A stretch of 64,000 bases of DNA from Octopus vulgaris (taxonomy: Eukaryota). The stretch is from contig OX597814.1 in assembly GCA_951406725.2 (NCBI GenBank), positions 128,774,001-128,838,000 of the forward strand. The letters are read 5' to 3'. Of the stretch, positions 37,642-50,230 are shown piece after piece (the stretch's first letter is position 1; the number at the start of each line of letters is the position of its first letter). The notes under the pieces are model-generated. The model was not told the origin of the DNA. It searched no databases and saw only the letters and a list, made by a program, of their open reading frames with translations. The position numbers and the translations under genes were made by a program.

Positions 37642-38354
37642 ACTTGGTGCAATGGGGAGCTGTGTTACCGAGGCGCCCTACCAGTTCGGGATAAGCTCAC
37701 TAGACACGGTTATCCTGGCTCATCGGCCTGTCCAAGATGCGGACGGGACGAGGAAACTGTCCTGCACGCTATTGTTCAGTGTCCGGGTGTGTCAGAAGTG
37801 AGGGCTTATGCAGAACACCTGTTGTCAGATGTGAGGAGAGTACAGCTATCGTCGGAGTCAATTTTAAAAACTGACCCACCGGATTTCCGTACGGAAGACG
37901 GTAAGAATTATTTTCTGGTGGTTGTAGCAATCGCGAAAGAGGTGATTTGGAAGTCGAGAGTGAAAAGACTAAAGACAGGTAGCTTCGTCTCCGGCCTCGC
38001 GTTGGTTAATGTCTTCACCTTTTACCTGAAAAGGAAAGTGGGGCTAGAGAGGAGATGCCTGTCAGCGAGAATGTACAAAGATAGATGGATACGTGTACCA
38101 CGAATGTTGGGTATGAAAGCCTCTACGCGAACACGCAATAAAGGTGACCAGAAGGTGTCGGTAGAGAAGCAGGGCTCGTGGGATCGGAGCCTGTTTTAAT
38201 ACCTCACTTCTGTTTTTATTGTTTTGTAATTGTCTTTTGTTTATCATTCGATTTTCATATTTGCTCATTTAATTTTATAACCATCCGTATGTGTCTGACC
38301 CCAATTAGGCTGTATTGTCCCCTCTGTATGTCCCCTTGTGAGAAATAAAGAAAT
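37642..38354 (+). mobile_element. Tx1/L1-type LINE, 5'-truncated ORF2 end plus 3' UTR
   Basis: ELCYRGALPVRDKLTRHG..ACPRCGRDEETVLHAIVQCP (zf-RVT CCHC) runs in frame into ORF 37789-38199 (AKEVIWKSR); ends AATAAAGAAAT; 15-bp TSD AGCTTTT(C/A)TGAGTTC at 37627-37641 and 38356-38370. Confidence 0.85.
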
Positions 38355-39196
38355 CAGCTTTTATGAGTTCGAAAATGCAAGAACTAGCAAATTATCGAAA
38401 ACTTTAAGTAGTATTTTTTTATATTATCTTTTTATTCTTTGAAATTTTGTTATTAAATATAATTCTTTTTTGTTTTTGTTTCATTTTAGTTATTAATTTA
38501 TTTTACTTCTTGAAGAAGGTAGACGGTTTCTTTTATAATCTAATTTACTAATTTTTTTCTAGTTAGAATAAGACAGACATAATCTTATTTGCAGCTCGGA
38601 GTGACAATTTTAATAGGGAGATGAAATTCTACAAAGGACAGTAAGAATATTTAACAACGAACCTCACAAATTTGTTCCTTGTCTTTGAAGAGCGACGTTT
38701 ATATGAAAATATATTTATGAGGTCTTAAGAGTCGTTCATGTCAACAAAACCAACTTTCTTTAAAATAATATTTGTGTTTTCCATCTGTTGGTCACACTAT
38801 GCCTGCACTCTCCATTTATTGCAGTGAAGCATGTCGTGTTGTCTCCGCTCCCTCTACATTTCCACCGCGATTTCTCCAGCTGCCCCTTTCATCTTTTTGT
38901 TTGGGTTTCGGTTTTTGAACACACTTTAAATCATCACTTTCTTTCTCGTCCTTTTTCTTCACTTTCCATTTGTTCCCCTCCAGTTACACTTACGTAGCTA
39001 ATTCCCTTAACTAAAAGTCAGATCCTTCTTTATAAACTTCACTGTGTTTTAACCATAAATTACTGGGACGTTCCAAGTAATCAGAAATTATCTTGTTCGC
39101 TCAAAAGTTTAACTTTTCAGACGTTTGTTTGTAAGCATCGTAGACTGTTTTTTGTTCCCCTCCAAATAAAATAACCATATAATAATTATTACAATA

Positions 39197-39499
39197 ACTA
39201 GCAGGTCCCGTGAATATTTCACGGAATTAATGGTAAACTTATTGGGCTATTTCTGAAAACTTTTATCCAAAACGCCTGAAAGCGTAGCCTATGGTGTGTC
39301 TGTATCAAAAGATAGTCGCTTACTTGCTAATCATTGAAAAGTGCAGGAAATTGGAATACGACCTTCTGCACAATTTTATATACTTAATTCACAGCTCTCT
39401 CTCTCTTTCTCTCACTCTTCTCCTTTCCCTTCAACTAATCACGTGGAAGCGTAACGGACGGGCTGAGTAACGGAGAAACATGCAGAATTATTAAAAGAT
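39197..39499 (+). mobile_element. Helentron/HINE-like non-autonomous element
   Basis: Starts AACTAGCA followed by hairpin CCGTGAA-TAT-TTCACGG; similar design at 55359-55920. Confidence 0.45.
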
Positions 39500-39670
39500 G
39501 GTTTCAAATTTCGGAGGAGGGAGTAAGTCGATTACATTGACCTCAGTACTCAACTGATGTATATTTTATAGACAACGAAAAGATGAAAGGCAAAGTCGAC
39601 CTCAGCGGACTTTGAACTGTGAGCGTAAAAAAGGACGAAATGCCGCTAAGCATTTTGCCAGTTCGCCGCT
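39500..39670 (-). mobile_element. SINE family B, internally deleted
   Basis: Reverse complement of the core and head. Confidence 0.75.
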
Positions 39671-39794
39671 TTAATAATAATTATAATGAAAAAAAAGGGG
39701 AAAGGGGTAATTCCGCCACCTGCTGTTAATAATTTTCCAGTTTTGACTTTCTTCAAAATATTTGGCAGACTTGTTTTAAGTATCTGAGATTATA

Positions 39795-39846
<52 letters not shown>

Positions 39847-40252
39847 CACAATGCGTAAGATTTCAAGACGCATCTGAAAAAAATTGCCGAAAGAAAGTCA
39901 AAATTGGAAGACTACGGAAAAGGATGAGGCAACATCCTCACTTGCTGAGGCAAAATAATTTACAATGCTTAAACCACACACATCCGGAGAAAATATGGAT
40001 TTTGGCGCAGTAGATAATTTCCGGCTCTATTCTGTTGGAACACGATAGCTCTTCATGAATAGAAAATATACGCCCTTATTTCAATTTTGAGTCGTCGTTG
40101 CATTGGTGTTGCTAATACTCCTTGAAGAGAGTTCAACATTACAACTTCTCATGCCAGCCTTCCCAAAGTAGCGAATTTTACTGCATAATTTTTACCGACT
40201 TAGAACACCAGTAGTTTTAAGATTTTAGAAAACTATTATAGTGATAGCGTGT

Positions 40253-40632
40253 CAGGAGTGGCTGTGTGATAAGTAGCGTGCTTACCAACCACATGGGTCC
40301 GGGTTCAGTCCCACTGCGTGGCACCTTGGGCAAGTATCTTCTACTATAGCCTCGGGCCGACCAAAGCCTTGTGAGTGGATTTGGTAGACGGAAACTGAAA
40401 GAAGCCCGTCGTATATATGTATATGTGTGTGTTTGTGTATCTGTGTTTATCCCCCCAACATTGCTTGACAACCGATGCTGGTGTGTTTGCGTCCCCGTAA
40501 CTTAGTGGTTCGGCAAAAGAGACCGATAGAATAAGTACTAGGCTTACAAAGAATAAGTCCTGGGGTTGATTTGCTCGACTAAAGGCGGTGCTCCAATATG
40601 GCCGTAGTCAAATGACTGAAACAAGTAAAATA
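40253..40632 (+). mobile_element. SINE family A
   Basis: Family A head, body and tail. Confidence 0.9.
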
Positions 40633-41574
40633 GTATACACTTTATTTTTTAAAAAGGTGCAGAGTATTAGTATTTAAAGTATAAGTTGGTATGCTTTAAT
40701 TGCAGCCAGAGGCCGCAGTTAAGGCATCTTATTAGAGATTGGAACTTAATATGTAAGTAAATGGCGCATGCTTCAGATCCTTTTGTTTGTATTTTTGGGG
40801 TGGGAAAATAAAAGCGACAGCTTATTACATTTAGCACAAGATGACACTGACTGTAATATGATGGCAGGCGCATTGCTTATTTTATTTAGGCGTCTGAACT
40901 CTGTTTTTATAAGATTATGATATTTATAGATTTAGCTAATATTTCCATATTTGCTAAGTATGGTAAGTAAGGTCTCGAGAGATGTTGTGGGATCGATCTC
41001 AGGAGTGATTAACTAAAAAGGAAATATCTTTATGAATTGCAGCATTCTTAGCTAATCGAAATTAGTAATGGACGAGATCGAACTGGCAAAATGTAAGCTG
41101 AGATGCCTCAGGGGTCAGTATTCTCATAATTTCTGTAATATCGTTTATCGTTTTCATTACAATGCGAATGTAAGACCCTTACTGATGATACAAAAATCAA
41201 TACATGTATACAAACTGTATCAAAATAGCGCACAACACAGATTTAATCTTGAAGCGTGAGAAACGGTATGGAGGCTTTTTTTTTTTTTTTTTTTAATGTT
41301 GAAAAATGCAAGATTATGCATTATTGAAATGGTAAATTTAAGTACAGTATGAATGGAAAAATATCTACAGACTATGAAAAAGATTTAGGAATAGACATGT
41401 TAGAAATAGCAGCCAAATTCACTCAATTGAAACTTAACCGATAAAAAAATAAACAAAGAAGGAAATAGACATTGTTGTTCTAGATATGCCAAAGGATGAG
41501 ACGGTATTGTCTGGACCACTTTTCATCAAAGATCTTTCAACCACATCCAATGTGTGTGTATGTATATATGTATA

Positions 41575-41778
41575 TGTGACCTCGTGTGTACCGTTGGCGA
41601 TTTTTTTTCCTCTGTCTTCCCTTCTCTGGATCTTTCCTTCTATGTTTCCGACGAAGAGCTCCGCTCGAAACATTAAACCCTCCTTCTTTCCTGGGCGTCC
41701 AATAATACTAAATTTGTTCCACGTCCTCGTGTTGTTGTGTTTTTTTGTGCTTTCTTGTTTGGATTTTTATTAACTTTA

Positions 41779-41780
<2 letters not shown>
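41575..41780 (+). mobile_element. Penelope-like non-autonomous repeat with degenerate hammerhead, ending in (TA)n
   Basis: GUUU-CCGACGA-A-GAGC[UCC]GCUC-GAAA-C-AUU-AAAC at 41644-41678; 3' part repeated at 24003-24082, also before (TA)n. Confidence 0.55.
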
Positions 41781-41834
<54 letters not shown>

Positions 41835-41835
41835 T

Positions 41836-42128
41836 AGTGGCGAACTGGGTCTAAAAACATTGGTTGCCAGGAGACTAAGGGGGCCCACCCGCAGCTACAA
41901 TGCTATATCTTAATTTCAATTTTTTTTTTTTTTTTTGTTAAAAGTATTCTTTTTAACTATCTACAAAACACAGGCTGAAATAATTAATGCATTTTTCCAG
42001 GAGTGAATAAAAAATTCTCAAACTTGAGGAGATGGGCCCCTTAGATATTAACATGGGCCCTATTATATGGATTCTAATGGCACAGGGCCCCACTTGCTAT
42101 CAGGAAAGCTGGCAACCTGGCCAGTCCG

Positions 42129-42131
<3 letters not shown>
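41836..42131. mobile_element. MITE inserted in a microsatellite
   Basis: Ends AGTGGCGAACTGG and CCAGTCCGCC form imperfect TIRs. Confidence 0.55.
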
Positions 42132-42164
<33 letters not shown>

Positions 42165-42533
42165 GGCGTGCCCAGGTGGTAAGACTCTTGCTTTTCAACT
42201 ACGTGGTTCCGGCTTCAGTTCTACTGCGTGGCACCTTGGGCAAGTGTCTTCTACTATAACCTCGGGCCAACCAAAGCCTTGTGAGTGTATTTGGTAGACG
42301 GAAACAAAGAAACCCGTCACATATATATGTATATGTTTGTGTATTTGTTTGTCCCCATACCATCACTTAACAATCGATGTTGGTGTGTTTACGTCCCTGT
42401 AATCTGGCGGCTCGGCAAAAGAGACCGATAGAATAAGTACTAGGCTTACAAAAACTTCCTGGTGTCGATTCATTCGACTGAAGGTGGTGCTCCAGCATGG
42501 CTGCAAATGACTGAAACCAGTAAAAGAATAAAG
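42165..42533 (+). mobile_element. SINE family A, diverged
   Basis: Family A body and tail with more substitutions. Confidence 0.8.
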
Positions 42534-42609
42534 GATATATATATATAGTCAGTAGTTCATATATCCGCAAAAGAAGCACACTTTAAAGTATTATACCAAT
42601 AATATATTT

Positions 42610-43045
42610 TTAGGAAGTTAAAAGTTATGGCCGGTCATAGCGGCCATTGGTTTTACACCTATAAAACGCTTAGCAGTATAGGCGACACGTCAGATCCAAA
42701 TGGCTAAAGGCGCATAACCTCTCTACAACTAGAGGAAGAAAAACATAATTCAGTTGGTTTGTAAATAAAATATGTCTGTGGTGATATTTGAAGGAACTGC
42801 GGCATTGCATAGATCCACCGTAGCTCCTGAGCCAATGTGACGAGGATAACCCCGCTCTATCTGCACCATGGACATTTAATTTTAGTCTACAGATCAACTG
42901 ACTGTTACGTATTTCTTCCTCAGGTTGTAGAGAGATTATGCACCTTCAGCCATTTGAGTCTGGCGAATCAACGATACTGCTAAGAGCTTCATAGGTGCGA
43001 AACCAATGGTGACTATGATCAGCCACAACATTTAACTTCCTTAAA
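42610..43045. mobile_element. MITE with ~130-bp diverged TIRs
   Basis: 42610-42742 pairs with 42912-43045 (e.g. CTCTCTACAAC / GTTGTAGAGAG, AGGAAGTTAAA / TTTAACTTCCT). Confidence 0.75.
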
Positions 43046-43936
43046 TGCGTGCGCGCTATACACACACACAAATACCGACGTTTGTGTTTTTGTTTCTCCT
43101 TCACCACCGTTTGGAAAGCGGTGAAATTTTATATCCCCACAACACAGCGATTCTGCAAAGTCTCCGACACAATAAGTATCGGACTAACAATTAAATACTA
43201 GTCGATTTATTCGACTAAACACTTGGTGACGTTCCAGCATAGCCGTAGTCCAGTTGTTGACTCAAATAAAAGATAAGTCAAATGCTGGGAGTAACATTCT
43301 TTTATTTACTCAAATAGTGAAATGTACGATTTTATATAGATCTATATCATGGCTGTGGAACGAACCAACCAAGAGTAGGGCGTGCATACATGAGCATCTA
43401 GGCCATAGCTCTTGAAAAATCCAGAAAAAAGCCACCAGAATTAAGAAATCTATTCTGTGAAGGAATATTTAAAAACGTAGCAATTATAACTGCAGAGAAG
43501 CGTTAAAGAGAAAGCCTGATACAAGTGTTCAAAATGATGAATGACCTTGAAAATATGTTCGTATATTATTGTAGAAAAATGAAAATATAAGAAAGAGGTC
43601 ATGCCTACACACTTTATCAAGTAACAATGCTCTAAAGACATCAGAAGATATTTTTATTTTCAAAGAACTTTTAGTGAATGGAATAGTTTGTCAGGTCAAA
43701 GTAGTAAACACTATAACAGTAAATAACTTTAAAGATATGAGATGAAATGAAGATTAAAACTCATCTGACGCGGAGTTGCGGTGATCTGAGAGCACTAAGT
43801 AGTGCAAAGGGAATTTCGCAAAATTCAATTGATAGCTTTTTCAGGTTGTTTCTTCTCCCTACTCTTGCAATATCTTATTGTTTTCGTGGATGTAATAATT
43901 GTATTGCTCTAGTAATGGTTGTAGTAGTGGTGTTTA

Positions 43937-44135
43937 AAGTAATGGCCCAGTGGATAGGGCAGCAGACTCACGGTTGTAGGATTGCGGTTTCGATTCTCAG
44001 ACCGGGCGTTGTGAGTGTTTATTGAGCGTAAACACCTAAAGCTCCACGAGGCTCCGGTAGGGGATGGTGGCGATCCCTGCTCTACTCTTTCGCCACAACT
44101 TTCTCTCACTCTTTCTTCTGTTGGCCTGTTCACTT
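43937..44135 (+). mobile_element. tRNA-headed SINE family D, 3'-truncated
   Basis: A box TGGCCCAGTGG, B box GGTTTCGATTC; homologous copy on the minus strand at 49945-50230. Confidence 0.75.
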
Positions 44136-44755
44136 TTGTGAATACTTTTTTAACGGGGTTAGTTGCATTGAGGGATAAAGCTGGTTTAAGTTCCAATGTA
44201 CGTGTGCGTGTAGATAAAGGAACAGAAACTAAGAGGATAAAATGCGACGATTTCTTCAACCCGTTAAAGAGCATTAACACAGCATAGCTGTTGCGATACA
44301 TTTTGAAAGAGCAGTCAGAATATATACACAATGGTTTTACATGCAGTTGGTACATAATGAAGTATGTGATGTAAAATAGGAAAAAAAATACATGACATTA
44401 TTTCTGCAGGAAGACAGGAACAAATTTACGCGTCAAAGGATGCCAGAGGATGCCCGAGGGCCGCCTGCGAAATAAATTTCCTCTCTGTCGAAGATACGAA
44501 CTCGATCGTGCAAACCTACCTCTCTAAAGAAATAGCGGCAAAGGCTTCCTTATATAGTTATGGGTAAGTTCCCAGCGGAGAGGCATAAATTTAGCGCGCT
44601 TGGCTGGTCTGTCACGTGATGAGATGGATAGCCAGAAAGGCTAGATCGATGAGTGTGACCACTTGCAGAAAACAGGCACTCTGTGAACATGCTTCTGCTA
44701 TACCTTCAATGAAAAGTGTTCTATCCATTACCATTTTGTATGTCTCTTTCTTTGG

Positions 44756-44915
44756 ACTATTTACTCGTGCGTAAGTCGCACTGTTTCATACTTGGTTTTA
44801 GCTTTGAAAAATATAGTTGCGACTTATACACGAGGCAAAGCTAAAACTATAAAGGAAAAAAATCAAAGATCTAACACTAGATAAAGGGCGCAACTTTTAC
44901 ACGAATAAATATGGT
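44756..44915. mobile_element. Tc1/mariner-type (pogo/Tc2-like) MITE
   Basis: TATTTACTCGTGCGTAAGTCGCAC start and GCGCAACTTTTACACGAATAAATATGGTA end. Confidence 0.6.
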
Positions 44916-45182
44916 ATATCCAGTGCTTCGTTTCCAACATATCTTTTTTTTTTATAAGAGTTTTATTTAAGATATTTGGCTGTCATTTTTTAGCACAAAA
45001 ACTTTTGTTTCGTAATTCAGGCCTGTTTCAGGCCAATGATACAAAAACAGTCAACATTATTTAAAATTCTACTATAAGAATCCTACAAAAGCGCACACCA
45101 TTTGTGTGTGTTTTGTAATATTTCATTACAGAGGGAAGTCATAATTTTCCATGCCTTTCTACTGCAAATTTATTTTAGATAT

Positions 45183-45540
45183 AAGTGCAAGCATGGCTGT
45201 GTGGTAAGAAGCTTGCTTCCCAGCCACGTGGTTCCGGGTTCAATCCCACTGCGCGTCACCTTGGGTGAGTGTCATCTACTATAACCTCGGGCCGACCAAA
45301 GCCTTGTGAATTTATTTGGTAGACGGAAACTGAAAGACTGTGTTTGTCCCCCCACCCCATCATCATCACTTGATAACCGATGTTGGTATGTTTACATCCC
45401 CGTAACTTAGCGGTTCGGTAAAGAGACCGATAGAATAGTACCAAACTTACAAAGAATAAGTCCAGGGGTCAATTTCTTCGACTAAAAGGTGATGCTCCAG
45501 CTTGGACCCAGTCAAATGACTGGAACAAGTAAAAGAATAA
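45183..45540 (+). mobile_element. SINE family A, diverged, internal microsatellite missing
   Basis: Family A head, body and tail. Confidence 0.8.
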
Positions 45541-46756
45541 TTGCTCTCTGTGTTATATTGTTTGTAGATGTTGCGTAGCTCAAGGTCGGATGTGACTGAG
45601 CAGTCTCTGGGACCAAAAGCTTTCCGGCCGTGGTGACTCTTTTTTCCTAATTTAAAGGAGTCCATGACTACATAATCTAACGTATTCTCTTTCTTCAAAT
45701 GGTAGCATGAGATTTGACGAAAGATTAGCTCCATTTTTTGCAAATAAAACTTTAAATTTAATTATGGCAACGTTTGTTTTATCTTATTTTTATTCTTTCT
45801 CTAATTTTTCCCTCATTAAATTTTCTTCATTGACAGCTGTGACTTAACTGCTTACTTAATCACCACCATCACCACAAAGATGTCGAAATAAAATTAAACT
45901 TAAGCGATACTCAGCCACCCATTCATACTTTCCTTTACATATAAATTTTATTTCCACTCCTCTCAAATTCCCAAGACAATCACCGATTTAAATATTTTTT
46001 TACATATTTATTACGATTGCAGATTTTGTTTAGTCTGTTATTGGTATTATATGCTTTCAGCTCTGTTAAATTCTAACATAGCCTTTAATTTCCCTCGATA
46101 ATTCATGTTATTCCGACCAGAAGTTTCTGCCATTAAACAAATTCATATGAGACTGTTTATAAGTTCGCTTTAACTTACCCGAGGGGGTAGTGGTAACAAG
46201 TTAGTAGGGAAATGTCAGTATATTTTTATGTCTCAGTTTACTCTAACTCAATATTATTTCTAATATATTTAGGCTTTCCGTAGGATAACTGGATGTAAAT
46301 ATTTTTTTTCTTCGGTGGTCGGAATACTATATCAGGACTGCAATAACTAAAATTTAAAGATAAGAAACTGTAAGTGTCGCTAGTAGCCATTGGGGGTAAA
46401 GCTGGTTAATGTAATTCAGTGAAAAAAGGATAGAGGAAGACGACTTTGTTGTTGTTGTTACATCAAAATTTGATAACATTTCTCCAGAATGGTGTTACAT
46501 TTTAGCGATTTTAGATGATACATTTTAGCGACTTGTCCTATTTACTGATGAATAAATCGGGTAAAGATTTTGTTGTGATGCAGTCTAGTTCTGCATTTGT
46601 TTTGTTTTGTTTTTATCATCTTGAAATAGATATGGTTGACTTTGAACGTAGTAATCGACTGGAGTTGTTTCAGTGCAATACGTTGCGATAAATAATAATG
46701 GCGGTCCAGTAAGTCAGACAACTTGAAACTCACATGAAAGTGAAGAATTGCATTAT

Positions 46757-46828
46757 TTAGACAGCGTATCTAATAAAGTGTTCAGTACATATTAGACAGC
46801 GTATCTAATAAAATGTTCAGTACATATT
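46757..46828. repeat. 35-bp tandem duplication
   Basis: TTAGACAGCGTATCTAATAAA(G/A)TGTTCAGTACATA twice. Confidence 0.9.
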
Positions 46829-47521
46829 CCTTGATCTAAGTCCATCGCTCTCCGATGCCAACTCTGTTCTTCGCCCATTTTGTCTTTATAAAATAAGTCC
46901 CGAGCAAAGATCGATATAGTCTGCTCTTGACACCACAAAAAAAAAAAAAAAAAAAAATTGAAGCCTTTTACATATATTAGTAATTAGAGGGAAGATTTAA
47001 CTGTCCAGGAGGCCCTCTATGTGGTCACTCGAGTAGCAGTAAATAACCAAATCTGCCTCATATTAACCTCCCGTTTTTAAAAGAAAACAAACATTGGACA
47101 GCATAGTCTTAGATATTACCGCTTGAAATGATGACGGAATGGTTACAGCTAGGATGCTTGAATAAACAACCAGTGTCTCGACAGAAGCTTGTATGTTTAC
47201 ACGTGTCTATACGTTTGCATGCTTATACACACACATACATTTTTTAAATGTTTAATCGACAAAGTTACAAACGAGACTCAAGAACATTAGTTTCGTGCCT
47301 AAGTACCATGTACGAAACTCTCAGATCTTGAGTCACTAATTGTGTTTTTTGTATTAAAAAGCGTATATATACTTATTGTTTTTTCTCCTGATTGTTGTTC
47401 TAAGCACACACGCACACAAACTGCGTGTGATGAGATAGACCGCAATATCGTTAGAAACAGAGGACTACATTCTTTGAATAATACAATTATGGAGACTCTC
47501 ATACAGGACTTCAAGTTTCTA

Positions 47522-47849
47522 CAGTTCTATATTTAAGAGATGAAGAATTATGTACATTATTTACATTTGACGGATATTTGTTCACATCTTGTTTGTCGTT
47601 AACACAACGTTTCGGGCATATGGCGTAGTGGTTAAGAGCGTGGGCTACTAACCCCAAAATTCCGAGTTCGATTCCAGGCAGTGGCCTGAATAATAATAAG
47701 AATAACAACATCGAAAAATACCATAGCGATGAGGACCCAGGTTCGAAATTTCCCCAAGACACCTGATGAAGGCTGGAGAGTATATCAGCCGAAACGTAGT
47801 GTTAACAACAAACAGAGTGTGGGCAAATATCCGTCAAATGTAAATAATG
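47522..47849 (+). mobile_element. tRNA-headed, hammerhead-containing short retroelement in inverted (Penelope-like) configuration
   Basis: 12-bp TSD TTCAAGTT(T/C)CTA at 47510-47521 and 47850-47861; ~62-bp inverted arms 47554-47615 and 47789-47850; A box 47621-47631, B box 47664-47675. Confidence 0.8.
47758..47803 (+). ncRNA. Minimal type-I hammerhead ribozyme
   Basis: GACAC-CUGAUGA-A-GGCUG[10 nt]CAGCC-GAAA-C-GUA-GUGUU: intact core, stems I and II pair, palindromic loop-less stem III (ACGU). Confidence 0.75.
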
Positions 47850-48476
47850 TTCAAGTTCCTATGTCAGCGATACGATGATCGTTGCACTTTAGTTGTTGCA
47901 AGTTTGGTTCCCCCAATCCCCATAATTTTTCTTGCTCGTTATTGATGATGCTTCAAGCACCGGACTTCCGATGGCTGAAGAAGACATCACCGTATCCGTG
48001 AAAAAATTTTGAAGTCCAGTATGTGAGACTCCATAACTCTGTCATTCAATACACATACGCATCGCGCGTGCGCACACACACATTGTTCACGTGACTATTC
48101 GATAGTAAAACATTAGCACTTTGTAATATAAATGCCACAAGTAAATATTAAAGCATTTCAACACTTTGATTCTTTTGTGAACGTTTGATTCTAATGTAAA
48201 TATTACAATGCAATGTTTTCACTTGGATGGAGTTAGGAATGATAAATACAATGAATTATATGTGCTTGTGTATTATAAATTCATGTATCGTGCGTTACAA
48301 ACACTTTTCTACTTGACACTGATAGCAAATGAACAAGTTACAGACATTTTCTTCCCTCTCTCTCTCTTTTTTTCTTTTTGCAAGTCAGTAAGCAAAGTAG
48401 CCATTTGAACTGGCTATATATAATTTATGTACTCACATTATATTTGTGTGTGTATGCATGAATGTATGAATGTTTT

Positions 48477-48529
<53 letters not shown>

Positions 48530-48691
48530 GTGCAGGAGTGGCTGTGTGGTAAGAAGTTTGCTTACCAACCACATGGTTCCAGGTTCAGTCCCACTGTGCG
48601 GCACCTTGGGCAAGTGTCTTCTACTATAGCCTCGAGCCAACCAAAACCTTGTGAGTAGATTTGGTAGATGGAAACTGAAAGAAGCCCATTG

Positions 48692-48723
<32 letters not shown>

Positions 48724-48912
48724 GGTGTTTGTCCCCCCATCAATCGATGCTGGTGTGGTTACGTCCCCGTAACTTAGCGGTTCGGCAAAAGAGACTGATA
48801 GAAAAAGTACTAGGCTTCCAAAGAATAAGTCCTAGGGTTGATTTGCTTGACTAAAGGCAGTGCTCCAGCATGGCCACAGTCAAAATGACTGAAACAAGTA
48901 AGAGTAAAAGAG
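48530..48912 (+). mobile_element. SINE family A
   Basis: Family A pattern with several CpG>TpG/CpA changes. Confidence 0.9.
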
Positions 48913-49336
48913 TATGCACTTGTGTGTGTGTGTGTGTATATTATATGGATGTATTTGTGGATGTGTATATATGTACTTATGCATGTGTGCATATGTACAT
49001 GTGTATGCACGTGTGTAAAATGTGTTTGAGCAAAGCAGAATTGGTTTTTATATTATGTCTGATCGCTCTACGCCCTCAAAAACCAGTGGAATGTAAAAGT
49101 CTTTTAGTTGAAATTTAGGTGAAGGTTGACAACAGATATAAAAAAAATCATGCTTCAAAATCAATTCCTGTCCAATTCATGATAGCATGGAAAAACAAGG
49201 TAAAAGCATGATGTTGGGGTCAATCCCACTGCATGGCATTTTAGGCCAGTATCATTTATAGTCCTCCACTGACCAAAATACCTTGCTAGTGAATTTGATA
49301 CAGAAACTGTGGGTGCCTGACATGTATAAGTGTATA

Positions 49337-49578
49337 CTCTTTTATTACTCTTTTACTTGTTTCAGTCATTTGACTGCAGCCATGCTGGAGCACTGCCTTT
49401 AGTCGAGCAAATCGACTCCAGGACTTATTCTTTGGAAGCCTAGTACTTACTCTATCAGTCTCTTTTGCTGAAACTGCTAAGTTACGGGGACATAAACACA
49501 CCAGCATCGTTGTCAAGCTATGTTGGGGGGACAAACACAGACACACAAACATATATATACACATACATAAAAAAATAC

Positions 49579-49628
<50 letters not shown>

Positions 49629-49720
49629 GACGGGTTTCTTTCAGTTTCCGTCTACCAAATCCACTGACAAGGTTTTTGGTCGGCCTGAGCCTATAGTAGA
49701 AGACACTTGCCCAATATGCC
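49337..49720 (-). mobile_element. SINE family A, 5'-truncated
   Basis: Reverse complement of the family A body and tail. Confidence 0.85.
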
Positions 49721-49944
49721 GTGCAATCTCTTTGTGACTGCCCCCACCACCGTTTGACGACTGGTGTTGGTTTGTTTACATCCCTGTAACAGTGTTTCAG
49801 TAAAAGAGTCCAACAGAACAAGTACCACATTTTAAAAAGATTACTGTGGTTAATTTTTCTAAAACCCCCTCAAGCAGTACCCTTGAATGGCCACAGGCAA
49901 TGACTGAAGCCAGTAAAAGAAAAAATATATATATTTGTGTATAT

Positions 49945-50230
49945 CATTGTGACCGACCAGGCTATCAGATGTTGCTACACATCGCTGGTCACAATGCGCT
50001 TCACATTGTTTTAGTCTTCAAATGATGCCACCTTGCTCGCTAAGTGAACAGGCCAACAGAAGAAAGAGTGAGAGAAAGTTGTGGCGAAAGAGTACAGCAG
50101 GGATCGCCACCACCCCCTGCCGAAGCCTCGTGGAGCTTTAGGTATTTTCACTCAATAAACACTCACAACAGCCGGTCTGGGAATCAAAACCGCGATTCTA
50201 CAACCGCGAGTCTGCTGCCCTAACCACTGC
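49945..50230 (-). mobile_element. tRNA-headed SINE family D
   Basis: Reverse-complement match to 43937-44135 plus additional 3' sequence. Confidence 0.75.

Noticed and set aside
47614-47688. Functional tRNA gene
   Set aside because: Acceptor and T stems pair poorly, there is no oligo-T terminator, and it is embedded in a TSD-flanked repeat; treated as a tRNA-derived head
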